A stretch of DNA of 64,000 bases from Patescibacteria group bacterium (GTDB lineage: Bacteria > Patescibacteriota > Microgenomatia > 2-02-FULL-39-11). The stretch covers positions 167,802-231,801 of the forward strand of contig JAMCUI010000009.1 of assembly GCA_023379265.1 (NCBI GenBank), in the 5' to 3' direction. Shown here piece by piece: positions 6,816 to 18,451 of the stretch. The position numbers and the translations under genes are program-made. Each line of letters opens with the position of its first letter. Positions within the stretch are counted from its first letter, which is position 1. The notes beneath the pieces are model-generated. The model saw nothing but the letters and a program-made list of their open reading frames with translations. It was not told where the DNA came from and did not search any database.

Positions 6816-9497
6816 ATGTTGAAATTTCTATCCAAATTTCTGGATGCCAATGAGAGGGAACTCACCAAAATACGTACTGTAGTTGATAAAATCAACTCCC
6901 AAGAGGAAACGATTAGGAGATTACCCGACAATAAATTCTCAGCCAAGACGGCGGAGTTTAAGGAGAGGCTTAGCCGCGGAGAAAATCTTGACGATCTTTT
7001 GCCAGAAGCATTTGCCTTGGTGCGTGAGGCTGCCAAAAGAAGGATAAGTGAAAGGCACTTTGATGTGCAGCTGATTGCTGCTATAGTGCTGCACCGCGGG
7101 GCTGTTGCCGAGCAAAAAACTGGAGAAGGAAAAACACTTTCCGCCATTCAGGCGTTATACTTGAATGCTTTAAGTGGAAGAGGAGTACACCTTGTGACAG
7201 TCAACGACTATTTAGCCAGAAGGGACGCTGGCTGGATGGGACCAATATTTGCCATGTTGGGGATGTCGGTGTCGGCAATCATTGGTGAACAGTCTTTTAT
7301 TTTTGACCCGCAATATACAGACAAATCAGCCGTTGACTGGAGGCTAGGAAACCTTCGTCCCATATCGCGCAAAGAAGCATATCTAGCAGACGTCACCTAT
7401 GGTATAAACAGCGAGTTCGGTTTTGACTATCTACGCGATAATATGATTTCTGAGGCCTCCCAGATGGTGCAGCGTGGCTTCCACTATGCCATTGTGGATG
7501 AAGTTGACTCAGTCTTAATTGATGAGGCTAGGACTCCTCATATTATTTCCGCTCCCGATACTGAACCCACCCAGAAATACTACGAGTATGCCAAGATGAT
7601 AGACAAACTCAATAAGGAAACTGACTTTGAAATAGATGAAAAATTAAGGACTGCCCATCTGACCGAACATGGAGTGTTGAAGGTAGAAAAAATGATGGGA
7701 GTGGATAATCTTTATGAGAAAGATTTTGCTTCAGTCCATCATATTGAGGCGGCTTTGAAAGCAAGGACTCTATTTTTGCGGGATAAGGATTATGTGGTAA
7801 AGGATAATCAGGTAATTATAGTTGATGAGTTTACAGGCAGGCTTCTTGTTGGAAGGCGTTTCTCCGAAGGGTTGCATCAGGCCATAGAGGCAAAAGAAGG
7901 GGTACCTATACAGCAGGAGTCGAGGACTCTGGCAACAGTATCTTTACAGAATTATTTTAGAATGTATGAGAAATTGGCGGGAATGACTGGGACCGCAGCT
8001 ACAGAAGCAGAGGAATTTCACAAGATATACAAACTGGATGTCGTTATTATCCCTACCAACAGACCTATGGTAAGGATAGACCATCCAGATGCTGTTTATA
8101 AAACAACGAGGGCCAAGCTAGCGGCAGTTGTAGCAGATATCGAAGATTGTCACAAAAGAGGACAACCGGTCCTTGTAGGTACCACATCGATTGAGAAAAA
8201 CGAGATACTTTCAGAATTCCTTCGTCGCAAAGGCATACCTCATGAAGTGCTTAACGCAAAAAACCATGTGAGTGAGGCGACTATCATTTCAAATGCTGGT
8301 CGAGTTGAAGCTGTAACCGTTGCAACGAATATGGCTGGACGCGGAGTAGATATTATACTTGGCGGTCAGCCTCCTAGTGATAAGGAACTGTCAGAATTGG
8401 GTAAAAAGGGATATGACAAGCTGAAAGAGGAATGGAAGAAAAATCATGATAAGGTCTTAAAACTGGGTGGACTTCATGTTATAGGGACTGAAAGACATGA
8501 ATCAAGAAGAATTGATAATCAACTTCGGGGTCGATCCGGCCGCCAGGGAGATCCGGGATCCAGCCGCTTTTTTGTCGCTTTGGATGATGAGATTATGCGT
8601 CTTTTTGGTGGAGACCAGGTAGCAAAGCTAATGACAGTCTTTAAGCTTCCAGAAGATGTACCTCTTGAGCATGCAATGGTGAGTCGGGCTATAGAGCAGG
8701 CCCAAGTGAAGGTGGAAGGATTTCATTTTGACAGCAGGAAACATCTTGTCGAGTATGATGACGTTTTAAATAAGCAAAGAGAAATTATATATAAACTCAG
8801 ACGCCAGATTGTCGTAGGGCAAAATCTGAAAGAGATGATGCAGAAAAAACTTTCCGAACAAATAAGGACTTTAGTAAATTTGTACTCTGCGGATAATGCA
8901 GTAAATCAGGGCGATAAGGAAAAAATATTAAAAGAATTTGTTTCCATTGTACCTTTTGATCCCAACTCTGAGAAACAGATTCTAGTACAACTGGGAGAGC
9001 GTAAAACTCCGCAGGAGATTGAGGAATTTCTGGTAAAAGTGGTGGGCGATGTCTATGAGCAGAGAGAAAAGACATTGGGAAGCGAGATTATGCGCCAAAT
9101 TGAGAAGTGGGCAGGGTTGTCGGTAGTGGACAACATGTGGATGGATCATCTTGACGCAATTGATGATTTGCGAGAAGGGATAGGGCTTCGCGGCTATGGA
9201 CAGCTTGATCCGCTTGTCGAATATAAAAATGAGGCTTATTCCATGTTTGAACGGCTTGTTTTTTCAGTCGATTATGAGATTACTCATAGGATTTTTAAGA
9301 TTCAGGTTCAACTTGCCCCAGACCAGATGGTGGCTCTCCAAAAGCAGCAACAAACCTCAATCCAAAAAGAGGCCCAAAAACGCTCTCAATCCATTACCCA
9401 TAGCACACAATCCAAAAATAGACTGGGAAGAAATGATCCGTGCTGGTGTGGCAGCGGAAAAAAATGGAAGAAATGTCATTATCCTCAGGCAGGATAA
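6816..9497 (+). CDS. secA: preprotein translocase ATPase SecA
   Basis: Walker A AEQKTGEGKTL, DEAD-like DEVDSVLIDEARTP, and a C-terminal zinc-binding CWCGSGKKWKKCH. 893 aa. Confidence 0.95.
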   Translation: MLKFLSKFLDANERELTKIRTVVDKINSQEETIRRLPDNKFSAKTAEFKERLSRGENLDDLLPEAFALVREAAKRRISERHFDVQLIAAIVLHRGAVAEQKTGEGKTLSAIQALYLNALSGRGVHLVTVNDYLARRDAGWMGPIFAMLGMSVSAIIGEQSFIFDPQYTDKSAVDWRLGNLRPISRKEAYLADVTYGINSEFGFDYLRDNMISEASQMVQRGFHYAIVDEVDSVLIDEARTPHIISAPDTEPTQKYYEYAKMIDKLNKETDFEIDEKLRTAHLTEHGVLKVEKMMGVDNLYEKDFASVHHIEAALKARTLFLRDKDYVVKDNQVIIVDEFTGRLLVGRRFSEGLHQAIEAKEGVPIQQESRTLATVSLQNYFRMYEKLAGMTGTAATEAEEFHKIYKLDVVIIPTNRPMVRIDHPDAVYKTTRAKLAAVVADIEDCHKRGQPVLVGTTSIEKNEILSEFLRRKGIPHEVLNAKNHVSEATIISNAGRVEAVTVATNMAGRGVDIILGGQPPSDKELSELGKKGYDKLKEEWKKNHDKVLKLGGLHVIGTERHESRRIDNQLRGRSGRQGDPGSSRFFVALDDEIMRLFGGDQVAKLMTVFKLPEDVPLEHAMVSRAIEQAQVKVEGFHFDSRKHLVEYDDVLNKQREIIYKLRRQIVVGQNLKEMMQKKLSEQIRTLVNLYSADNAVNQGDKEKILKEFVSIVPFDPNSEKQILVQLGERKTPQEIEEFLVKVVGDVYEQREKTLGSEIMRQIEKWAGLSVVDNMWMDHLDAIDDLREGIGLRGYGQLDPLVEYKNEAYSMFERLVFSVDYEITHRIFKIQVQLAPDQMVALQKQQQTSIQKEAQKRSQSITHSTQSKNRLGRNDPCWCGSGKKWKKCHYPQAG

Positions 9498-9525
9498 ATA
9501 AAAGATTTTCCCCAAATCGTCATTC

Positions 9526-9554
9526 TTGCGGACTTTTGGCAATTCATTTACACT
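9526..9554 (+). promoter_or_regulatory. candidate promoter of the atp operon (TTGCGG, 17-nt spacer, TACACT)
   Basis: Hexamers with a 17-nt spacer, ~20 nt upstream of the ATG at 9574. Confidence 0.3.
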
Positions 9555-9573
9555 AAATTCAGGCAATATTTAT

Positions 9574-9801
9574 ATGCGCTATGAATTTAGGTTGTGGTAT
9601 GCTATTTCTTTTGCCTTACAACTGGGTTTTTTGATTGTTGTTCCTTTAGTAGGTTTCCTTTTTTTAGGTAAATGGCTGGATGATATTTTCCATACGGCAC
9701 CATTATTACTTATTGCTGGGATTGTCGCTGGAATAACAACGAGTATTTTTGATGTATATCATCAGCTTGAGATTTTGACAAAAAACCATGATAAATATTA
9801 G
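9574..9801 (+). CDS. small membrane protein, AtpZ/AtpI-like (ATP synthase operon leader gene)
   Basis: Two TM helices (AISFALQLGFLIVVPLVGFLFLG; LLLIAGIVAGITTSIF) immediately upstream of atpB. Internal ATG chosen as start (MRYEF) rather than the longer track ORF. Confidence 0.45.
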   Translation: MRYEFRLWYAISFALQLGFLIVVPLVGFLFLGKWLDDIFHTAPLLLIAGIVAGITTSIFDVYHQLEILTKNHDKY

Positions 9802-10519
9802 TCTGCAACCGGAATATATATTGGGGATTGGAGGTATTTATTTCTCCAATACTTTTTTGACTTCATTTGTGGTTAGTCTGATATTGATTGTTTTCTCATT
9901 TATTTTCTACCGCAACAGAAATAGAAAAATTCTACCTCTTTCTATACTGAAAATTACCATCTATGAGCTTATGAGATTGACTGATAGGGTGACTGGAGAT
10001 AGAAAAATGACAAAGACTATACTTCCAGTAATTTGTACGTTCTTTATATATATTGTTACAGCGAACCTGATTGCGCTCCTGCCGGGTTTTTTGGGGTCAT
10101 TTTATATCTATTCTGGAGGACAGAAGATTGCACTTTTACGCTCTCCCAACAGCGACGTAAATACAACATTTGCACTGGCAATATTTTCCGTTTTGGCCAC
10201 TCAATATTTTTCCTTTCAAAGACTTGGTACAAAAAAATATATAAGCCGGTTCTTAAATATCGCTTCTCCTCTATCATTATTATTGGGTTTTTTTGAGATA
10301 TTGAGTGAAGCGGCTAAAGTACTCTCTTTTTCCTTCAGGCTTTTCGGCAATATATTTGCGGGAGAAATCCTGCTTCTTGTTATAGCATTTCTAGTGCCTT
10401 ATATCATTCCCATACCATTTATGTTTATGGAGATATTTGTCGGCATAATCCAGGCGTTTATTTTTGCCGTTTTGACACTGACATTTATTAAAACTTCCAC
10501 GATTACAACAGAAATATAG
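9788..10519 (+). CDS. atpB: F0 ATP synthase subunit a
   Basis: RLFGNIFAGEILL essential-Arg motif and 5 TM helices. Confidence 0.9.
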   Translation: MINISLQPEYILGIGGIYFSNTFLTSFVVSLILIVFSFIFYRNRNRKILPLSILKITIYELMRLTDRVTGDRKMTKTILPVICTFFIYIVTANLIALLPGFLGSFYIYSGGQKIALLRSPNSDVNTTFALAIFSVLATQYFSFQRLGTKKYISRFLNIASPLSLLLGFFEILSEAAKVLSFSFRLFGNIFAGEILLLVIAFLVPYIIPIPFMFMEIFVGIIQAFIFAVLTLTFIKTSTITTEI

Positions 10520-10558
10520 CGGAGGTTATTAAAAACGTTTTAAGAGGAAGGAGATCAT

Positions 10559-10771
10559 ATGCAAAATCCATCAGCATTTACCATGGCGATAGGCACGATC
10601 GGTCCGGCACTGGCTATAGGGATTGTAGGGGCAGCGGGGTTAATAGGAATGGCCAGAAACCCGCAGAACTCCGATAATATTCGTATTACCATGATAATAG
10701 CCATTGCTTTTGCGGAAGCTATTGCGATTTATGCGTTGGTCGTGGCATTAATTCTCAAATTTGTGGCATAA
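10559..10771 (+). CDS. atpE: F0 ATP synthase subunit c
   Basis: 70-aa hairpin with GMARNPQ loop and a conserved carboxylate in helix 2 (AFAEAIAIYALV). Confidence 0.9.
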   Translation: MQNPSAFTMAIGTIGPALAIGIVGAAGLIGMARNPQNSDNIRITMIIAIAFAEAIAIYALVVALILKFVA

Positions 10772-10776
10772 AAACA

Positions 10777-11592
10777 ATGACCGGATTTTTGGGTAACATT
10801 GGTATAGATCTGAAACTTTTGGTAGCGCAAATAATAAATTTTACGCTACTTCTTTTGATACTTGGTAAATTTCTTTACAAACCGATGATAGAAAAAGTTG
10901 AGAAGGAGGAGAGAGAATTAAGTGAAGCCAGAAAAGAAAAAGATGACCTGGAAAAAGAAAAGAGGAGTTTTGATAAAGAGAAAGAAAGAGAACTTTCCAA
11001 GTTGAGAGAAGAATCACAGACGATATTGGCTGAAGCCCAAACAATAGCTCAGAAAATAAGAAAAGATGCGCAAAAAATGGGAGAAGAAGATGTATCAAAA
11101 CTGACAGAGCAGGCTAAAGAACATTTGACTGGAGCAGAGAAACATCTACGGGAGGAGATAAAAGGTGATTTAATGGCAAAATTCATTGATGGTGTGATAT
11201 CGGAAATGGTTGTTTCTTTGGATGAGGAGAGGAAAAAATCTCTACAGACGATGTATTTTATCAAATTACAGGAGTCAATAGGAAAATTATCACCTACGCT
11301 TCTGGCAGGAGATTATACCGGATTGACAGATCAAAAAAGTGACGAGGAGATCAAAGTGGGTAACCAGGAGATGGCAAATGGTCAAGCTTCAACTCTTGAA
11401 TATGCAATACCTTTGGTAGAGGATGACGTTGGGAATTTGAGAAAGATGATAGAAGAGAAATTCAGGTTAAGAGGGATTCAGTTTACGGTCAGAGAAAAAA
11501 AAGATCTCGTTGCCGGTTTCAGATTGACGTTGGGAGGAATACTTATTGAAGAAAATTTTTTCCATGATATCAAAACTGCAGTAAAAAAATAA
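10777..11592 (+). CDS. atpF: F0 ATP synthase subunit b with delta(OSCP)-like C-terminal region (b-delta fusion)
   Basis: N-terminal TM plus a long charged coiled-coil (b-like). The C-terminus KKDLVAGFRLTLGGILIEENFFHD resembles the delta C-terminus (SVMAGVIIRAGDMVIDGS). No separate atpH lies between atpF and atpA. Confidence 0.7.
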   Translation: MTGFLGNIGIDLKLLVAQIINFTLLLLILGKFLYKPMIEKVEKEERELSEARKEKDDLEKEKRSFDKEKERELSKLREESQTILAEAQTIAQKIRKDAQKMGEEDVSKLTEQAKEHLTGAEKHLREEIKGDLMAKFIDGVISEMVVSLDEERKKSLQTMYFIKLQESIGKLSPTLLAGDYTGLTDQKSDEEIKVGNQEMANGQASTLEYAIPLVEDDVGNLRKMIEEKFRLRGIQFTVREKKDLVAGFRLTLGGILIEENFFHDIKTAVKK

Positions 11593-11594
11593 CC

Positions 11595-13055
11595 ATGCCG
11601 CCCGAAGAAAGTAATTTCACTGAAATAGGTTATATTGTATCCTGCTTTTCAGGAGTTGCCAAAGTCCATGGCATACCCCATGTTTTTTTGCATGAAGTTC
11701 TTCTTGACGATGCCGGAAAAGAAATCGGGATTGTAATTGGCTTTGACGAGAAAAGCGTCGAGGTTCTTTTGTTTGATGATGATATTTTGCTGGAGAATCC
11801 CCTATACCGCAGCCACCGTAGATTTTCCATACCTATCTCAGATGGAATAGTGGGTAGGGTAATTGATGGTTTGGGTCAACCGCTTGACGGAGAAACGGTT
11901 TTATCAGGTGATAAAATTCCGGTTTTCACAAGTGCTCCCGGGATAATCGACCGTCAGGAAGTGCACGAGCCTATTACTACAGGTATAAAGATAATAGATG
12001 CTACTTTGCCATTAGGAAAGGGACAACGGGAACTTATTATCGGTGACAGAAATTTGGGTAAAAGTACAATAGCTCTTGATACTGTGTTAAACCAGAAAAA
12101 TGCTGATCCCACCGTATATTGCATTTATGTTCTATGCGGTAAAAAGACTAGATATATGAATCATTTAGTTTCTACGTTAAAAGAATATGGAGCCTTTTTA
12201 TATACAACTGTTGTAGCGGCCACCAGTAACAGTACTTTTGCAGAAAAATATCTGTCGCCATTCGTCGGCGTGACCATTGGTGAGTATTTTAGAGACAGGG
12301 GTAAACATGCCCTTGTTGTCTATGATGATCTTTCAGAACATGCGAAGTGTTATCGTGATGTCTCTCTTCTTCTTGAGAGGGCTCCAGGCCGTGAGGCATA
12401 TCCGGGAGATGTATTTTCCCTTCACGCTTCGCTTCTGGAACGAGCTGCCAAACTTTCAGACGATAAAGGGGGAGGTTCGCTTACAGCTCTTCCTATTGTT
12501 GAAACACAGGAAGGTGACGTCACATCTTTTATCCCGACCAATATTATTTCCATCACAGACGGTCAGATCTATCTGGAAAGGGGATTATACCAGAAAGGGT
12601 TCATACCGGCCATAAACGTCGGACTATCCGTTTCCCGTGTCGGCGGTAAGGCGCAACCTCCGCTTTTAAGACAGGTGACGGCGGGTTTAAGATTGGTTCT
12701 TTCCCAGCAAAACGAACTGCAAAAACTGACTCAACTTGAGACTGTTGTAAGCCAGGAATCAAAAAAGAAAATATACAGAGGAGAGTTGACTCTTGAGCTT
12801 TTGAAACAGGAGAAACATCAGAATGTATCTTGGAAGGAGCAAGTGGTGCTTTTCTATGCCGTAGAAGAAGGAATGTTGGATGATTTGAAGGAAGAGCAGT
12901 GGGTTAGGTTTAAGGGGGAACTATTGGAAATACTTAGGAATAAGTATCCCCATATTTTGGAAAAGATAGGGGATGGAGTGTTTGATGATGGTGTCAAGGG
13001 TAAGATAAAAGACATAATTGAAGATTTCAAAAAAGAGATTCTTTTGAAGGGATAA
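11595..13055 (+). CDS. atpA: F1 ATP synthase alpha subunit
   Basis: P-loop GDRNLGKST, plus TALPIVETQEGDVTSFIPTNIISITDGQIYL. 486 aa. Confidence 0.9.
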   Translation: MPPEESNFTEIGYIVSCFSGVAKVHGIPHVFLHEVLLDDAGKEIGIVIGFDEKSVEVLLFDDDILLENPLYRSHRRFSIPISDGIVGRVIDGLGQPLDGETVLSGDKIPVFTSAPGIIDRQEVHEPITTGIKIIDATLPLGKGQRELIIGDRNLGKSTIALDTVLNQKNADPTVYCIYVLCGKKTRYMNHLVSTLKEYGAFLYTTVVAATSNSTFAEKYLSPFVGVTIGEYFRDRGKHALVVYDDLSEHAKCYRDVSLLLERAPGREAYPGDVFSLHASLLERAAKLSDDKGGGSLTALPIVETQEGDVTSFIPTNIISITDGQIYLERGLYQKGFIPAINVGLSVSRVGGKAQPPLLRQVTAGLRLVLSQQNELQKLTQLETVVSQESKKKIYRGELTLELLKQEKHQNVSWKEQVVLFYAVEEGMLDDLKEEQWVRFKGELLEILRNKYPHILEKIGDGVFDDGVKGKIKDIIEDFKKEILLKG

Positions 13056-13057
13056 AT

Positions 13058-15518
<2,461 letters not shown>

Positions 15519-15576
15519 GTTTACGCCACAATAACTTTTCTTCAGCAATTTTTCAGCTAAACGATATATATTTGTT

Positions 15577-15873
15577 TTGTTTCTGTCCAGATATAAAAGA
15601 AAGGCGGTGAGAAATATGTGGATGCATTATGGATATGGAGGGGGAATAGGCTGGGGTTTTCCTTCACTTTTTTGGATACTTTTTATAGTATTTCTAGCAG
15701 GATTTATACTCGTTCTTCTTGGTTCCCATGATGAAAGGGATAAATCAAGAAGTGAAGAAAATGATAGTAGAGAGCCGGAAGAGGATACAGCTATTGAGAT
15801 TTTGCGTGAACGCTATGCAAAAGGAGAAATCACTAAAAGGCAATTTCAGGACATGAAACGGGATCTGTTATAA
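15577..15873 (+). CDS. SHOCT-domain membrane protein
   Basis: One TM helix followed by a C-terminal LRERYAKGEITKRQFQDMKRDL (SHOCT motif). Confidence 0.55.
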   Translation: MFLSRYKRKAVRNMWMHYGYGGGIGWGFPSLFWILFIVFLAGFILVLLGSHDERDKSRSEENDSREPEEDTAIEILRERYAKGEITKRQFQDMKRDLL

Positions 15874-16752
15874 GGTGGAATTTCCGCTGAGATTTATGGC
15901 AGAATTGACGAATTTCTCTTCTGAATTACCCTTTTTCTCAAAAAAAAGGTAAGGCTCAGTAAGTTCAAGTTCCATTAATTGGAATTGACCACGTATATTC
16001 AGACCGTCAACACGGGCATATAAAAGTGGGGAATAGATGTTTTCCAGCACTTTTTGTGATTGGGAGATAAGAGATTGGGACGGATTGACCGCAATTTCCT
16101 TTCCGCCAAATTCCCTCTGGGAGCGGAATTCATTTTTTTGGGGAACCTTTAAGATGGCATGGCTATATTCTTTGTTGATGAAGATAAAAGAATATTCGCC
16201 CTCAGTTATAATTTCTTCCATGAATGGTTGTATCAATATGTTTTCGTTTGAAAAAAGATTAGAAAGAGTGGGATTACTTGTAGTAAATTCAGCAGTATTT
16301 ATCCTAAATGTTTTATAGCTTGAAGCCCCATGAATTGGTTTGATGATAATATTCTTCCATCCGGCTAAAATTGCATTATTTCTGGTTTCATCAATAGAAT
16401 CTTTTGTACATAAAAGCGTAGGCATGATAGGAATGCCGATTTTCTGCAGATTAAAGAGGTAACTTTTATCAGTGTTCCACCTAATTATTTCTGGAGGATT
16501 CCAAAGGTTTACCTTTTTCTCAATACACTGATCGATCCAACTGTAGAATTCCTTCAGCCTTGTGTGGTAGTCCCAGCACGAACGTAAAATCACGATATCA
16601 AAATCGGTCCAATCAATATCTTTCTTGTCCCACGGAATAGCTATAGGAACAAATCCTCTTTTCCGGAACGGTTCAATGAGTAGTTTGTCACCGTCAAACA
16701 GTTTTGGATAACCCTTCCAGGTGACAAGAGCAACGGATTTCATTTTAAACAA
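15868..16752 (-). CDS. ATP-grasp family ligase (RimK/GshB-like)
   Basis: IIIKPIHGASSYKTF (K-P-x-x-G-S loop) and a C-terminal ...GQFQLMELELTEPYLF (E-x-N region). 294 aa. Confidence 0.55.
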   Translation of the reverse strand: MFKMKSVALVTWKGYPKLFDGDKLLIEPFRKRGFVPIAIPWDKKDIDWTDFDIVILRSCWDYHTRLKEFYSWIDQCIEKKVNLWNPPEIIRWNTDKSYLFNLQKIGIPIMPTLLCTKDSIDETRNNAILAGWKNIIIKPIHGASSYKTFRINTAEFTTSNPTLSNLFSNENILIQPFMEEIITEGEYSFIFINKEYSHAILKVPQKNEFRSQREFGGKEIAVNPSQSLISQSQKVLENIYSPLLYARVDGLNIRGQFQLMELELTEPYLFFEKKGNSEEKFVNSAINLSGNSTL

Positions 16753-16893
16753 TTCCAGTTATTGCTGGTAATTTCTCGTTACAAATTGCACTGATGTCAT
16801 CTCCGCGAAGGCGGAGATCCAGAGAAATAGTATATGATTCCCGGTCAGATCGGGAATGACAATTTAATAAAAATAAGAGAACAGAAGTTGGTA

Positions 16894-18441
16894 TTATCCA
16901 TTTATTATTCTTACAGTTTTTTCTAATACAGTTAATATTTTCTCTATTTCCAACCGGTTTTCTGTACCAACTGAAATACGGATAAAAGGATCTCCATATT
17001 TAGTCCATAAAGAGGTAAGGTAAATTCTTGTGTGATTCAGGCCGAAACTTGTGCCATGGTGAAATTCCACTTTTGCCCTTTTGGCTTCTTCCATGACACT
17101 TTTAATAAATTGCTTATACAATTTGACATCAGGTTTAGTGAAGCCGATATTAAAAAAACTGCCTGTAAATGTAGGTTTTTGGACAGGGTATATTATCGAA
17201 TTTACATATTTACCGCTTGTAGTGTCTATAAATTGTTGAAGCTTTTGGGTCAATATGCTAGTGTTTCTGGAAAATCTTTTGAGGCGTCTGTCCAACATTT
17301 TCCGGTTCGGAATAGGGAATTGATAAACTCCCATATCAGTGATGTTGGTACCGGAGTTTTTCCTCCAGTCATAAAGTTTACCAATGTCTTTTCCCCTGGC
17401 AACAATTATTCCTCCTGTGGTTCTATCCATGCCGAAATGGTGGTACTTCATAAGGCTTTCAAAGACAATGAGGCCGATATTTCTTTTTAGGGGTGAAAGC
17501 GTTCTAAAAGGTTGAAAGGATGTGGATAGGCAAGTGTTATCTATAACTAAAAAAATGTTCCAGTCGCACTCTTTTTCCATATATTTGATGAGACTTTTAA
17601 GATCTGGAAACGGCAAATCCGCAGTGTTGCAAAGAGAGTCGATAAATATAGCAGACGGTCTGACTTTTTTAACCAAATCCTTTAATTTCTCAAGGTCAAT
17701 TTCATCAAATTCAATAATCCTGTCGTCCAGAGGATTAGACAATAAATTCTTGTATTGGAAATAGGATGACTTACCCAACAGCACTTTTCCCTCCAGTTTA
17801 CCCTCTCCCATAAGGAAATTGAAAATAGTGGTAAAAGCAGCCATGCCGCTGGCAGTCATATAAGTTTTTATACCTACTTTTACCAGTGCATCAATATTTT
17901 GATTAAGAAACTTCTTTTCATATCCGGTTTCGTCCAGGTGCGCATCACGTTTGTAATCAATCAGGGTAGCCAAAATTTTGCCGGTTTGGCTTCCCGCTTG
18001 GGAGAAAAGCGTGTGGGAAGCGGTGGGAGATTGCCAGTCAAGACTCGTAACCGCTGCAGCGGTTTGGTTATAAAGGGCCCTTAATTTTTCAAAGTTGACT
18101 CTTTTATGAAAAGAAGCCTCAAGTATAGCTTTCTGACTTTTATTTGTTTCATTTAGGTCCTTTTTGGCGGTAGATAAACGTTGAAGGAGATTATTATATT
18201 GAGAAATAAGAAGATTAATATTATTCTTTATGTCAATTAGTATCTCGGGGATAATGGATTTTCTAACCCGTTCCAGGTTTAGTTCAAATCTATTTAGTTG
18301 AGTTATCCCAGACCGGGCGATATACTCCAATTCTTCAAAATCTTTCTGGAGGTCATAGACAGTTTCTTCCAGAATTAATTTTTCTTTTTCAGGATCAGGC
18401 ATATATCTATTTTTAGTACACAACCCACCACGCACCACCAA
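16894..18441 (-). CDS. PLP-dependent enzyme of the Cys/Met-metabolism family (cystathionine gamma-synthase/beta-lyase-like) with a ~170-aa N-terminal coiled-coil extension
   Basis: LVIDNTCLSTSF...ESLMKYHHFGMDRTTGGII matches the xVDNTF...HSATKYLxGHSD PLP-lysine block. The N-terminus is heptad-rich. Confidence 0.55.
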   Translation of the reverse strand: MVVRGGLCTKNRYMPDPEKEKLILEETVYDLQKDFEELEYIARSGITQLNRFELNLERVRKSIIPEILIDIKNNINLLISQYNNLLQRLSTAKKDLNETNKSQKAILEASFHKRVNFEKLRALYNQTAAAVTSLDWQSPTASHTLFSQAGSQTGKILATLIDYKRDAHLDETGYEKKFLNQNIDALVKVGIKTYMTASGMAAFTTIFNFLMGEGKLEGKVLLGKSSYFQYKNLLSNPLDDRIIEFDEIDLEKLKDLVKKVRPSAIFIDSLCNTADLPFPDLKSLIKYMEKECDWNIFLVIDNTCLSTSFQPFRTLSPLKRNIGLIVFESLMKYHHFGMDRTTGGIIVARGKDIGKLYDWRKNSGTNITDMGVYQFPIPNRKMLDRRLKRFSRNTSILTQKLQQFIDTTSGKYVNSIIYPVQKPTFTGSFFNIGFTKPDVKLYKQFIKSVMEEAKRAKVEFHHGTSFGLNHTRIYLTSLWTKYGDPFIRISVGTENRLEIEKILTVLEKTVRIING

Positions 18442-18451
18442 TCATTTTTTA

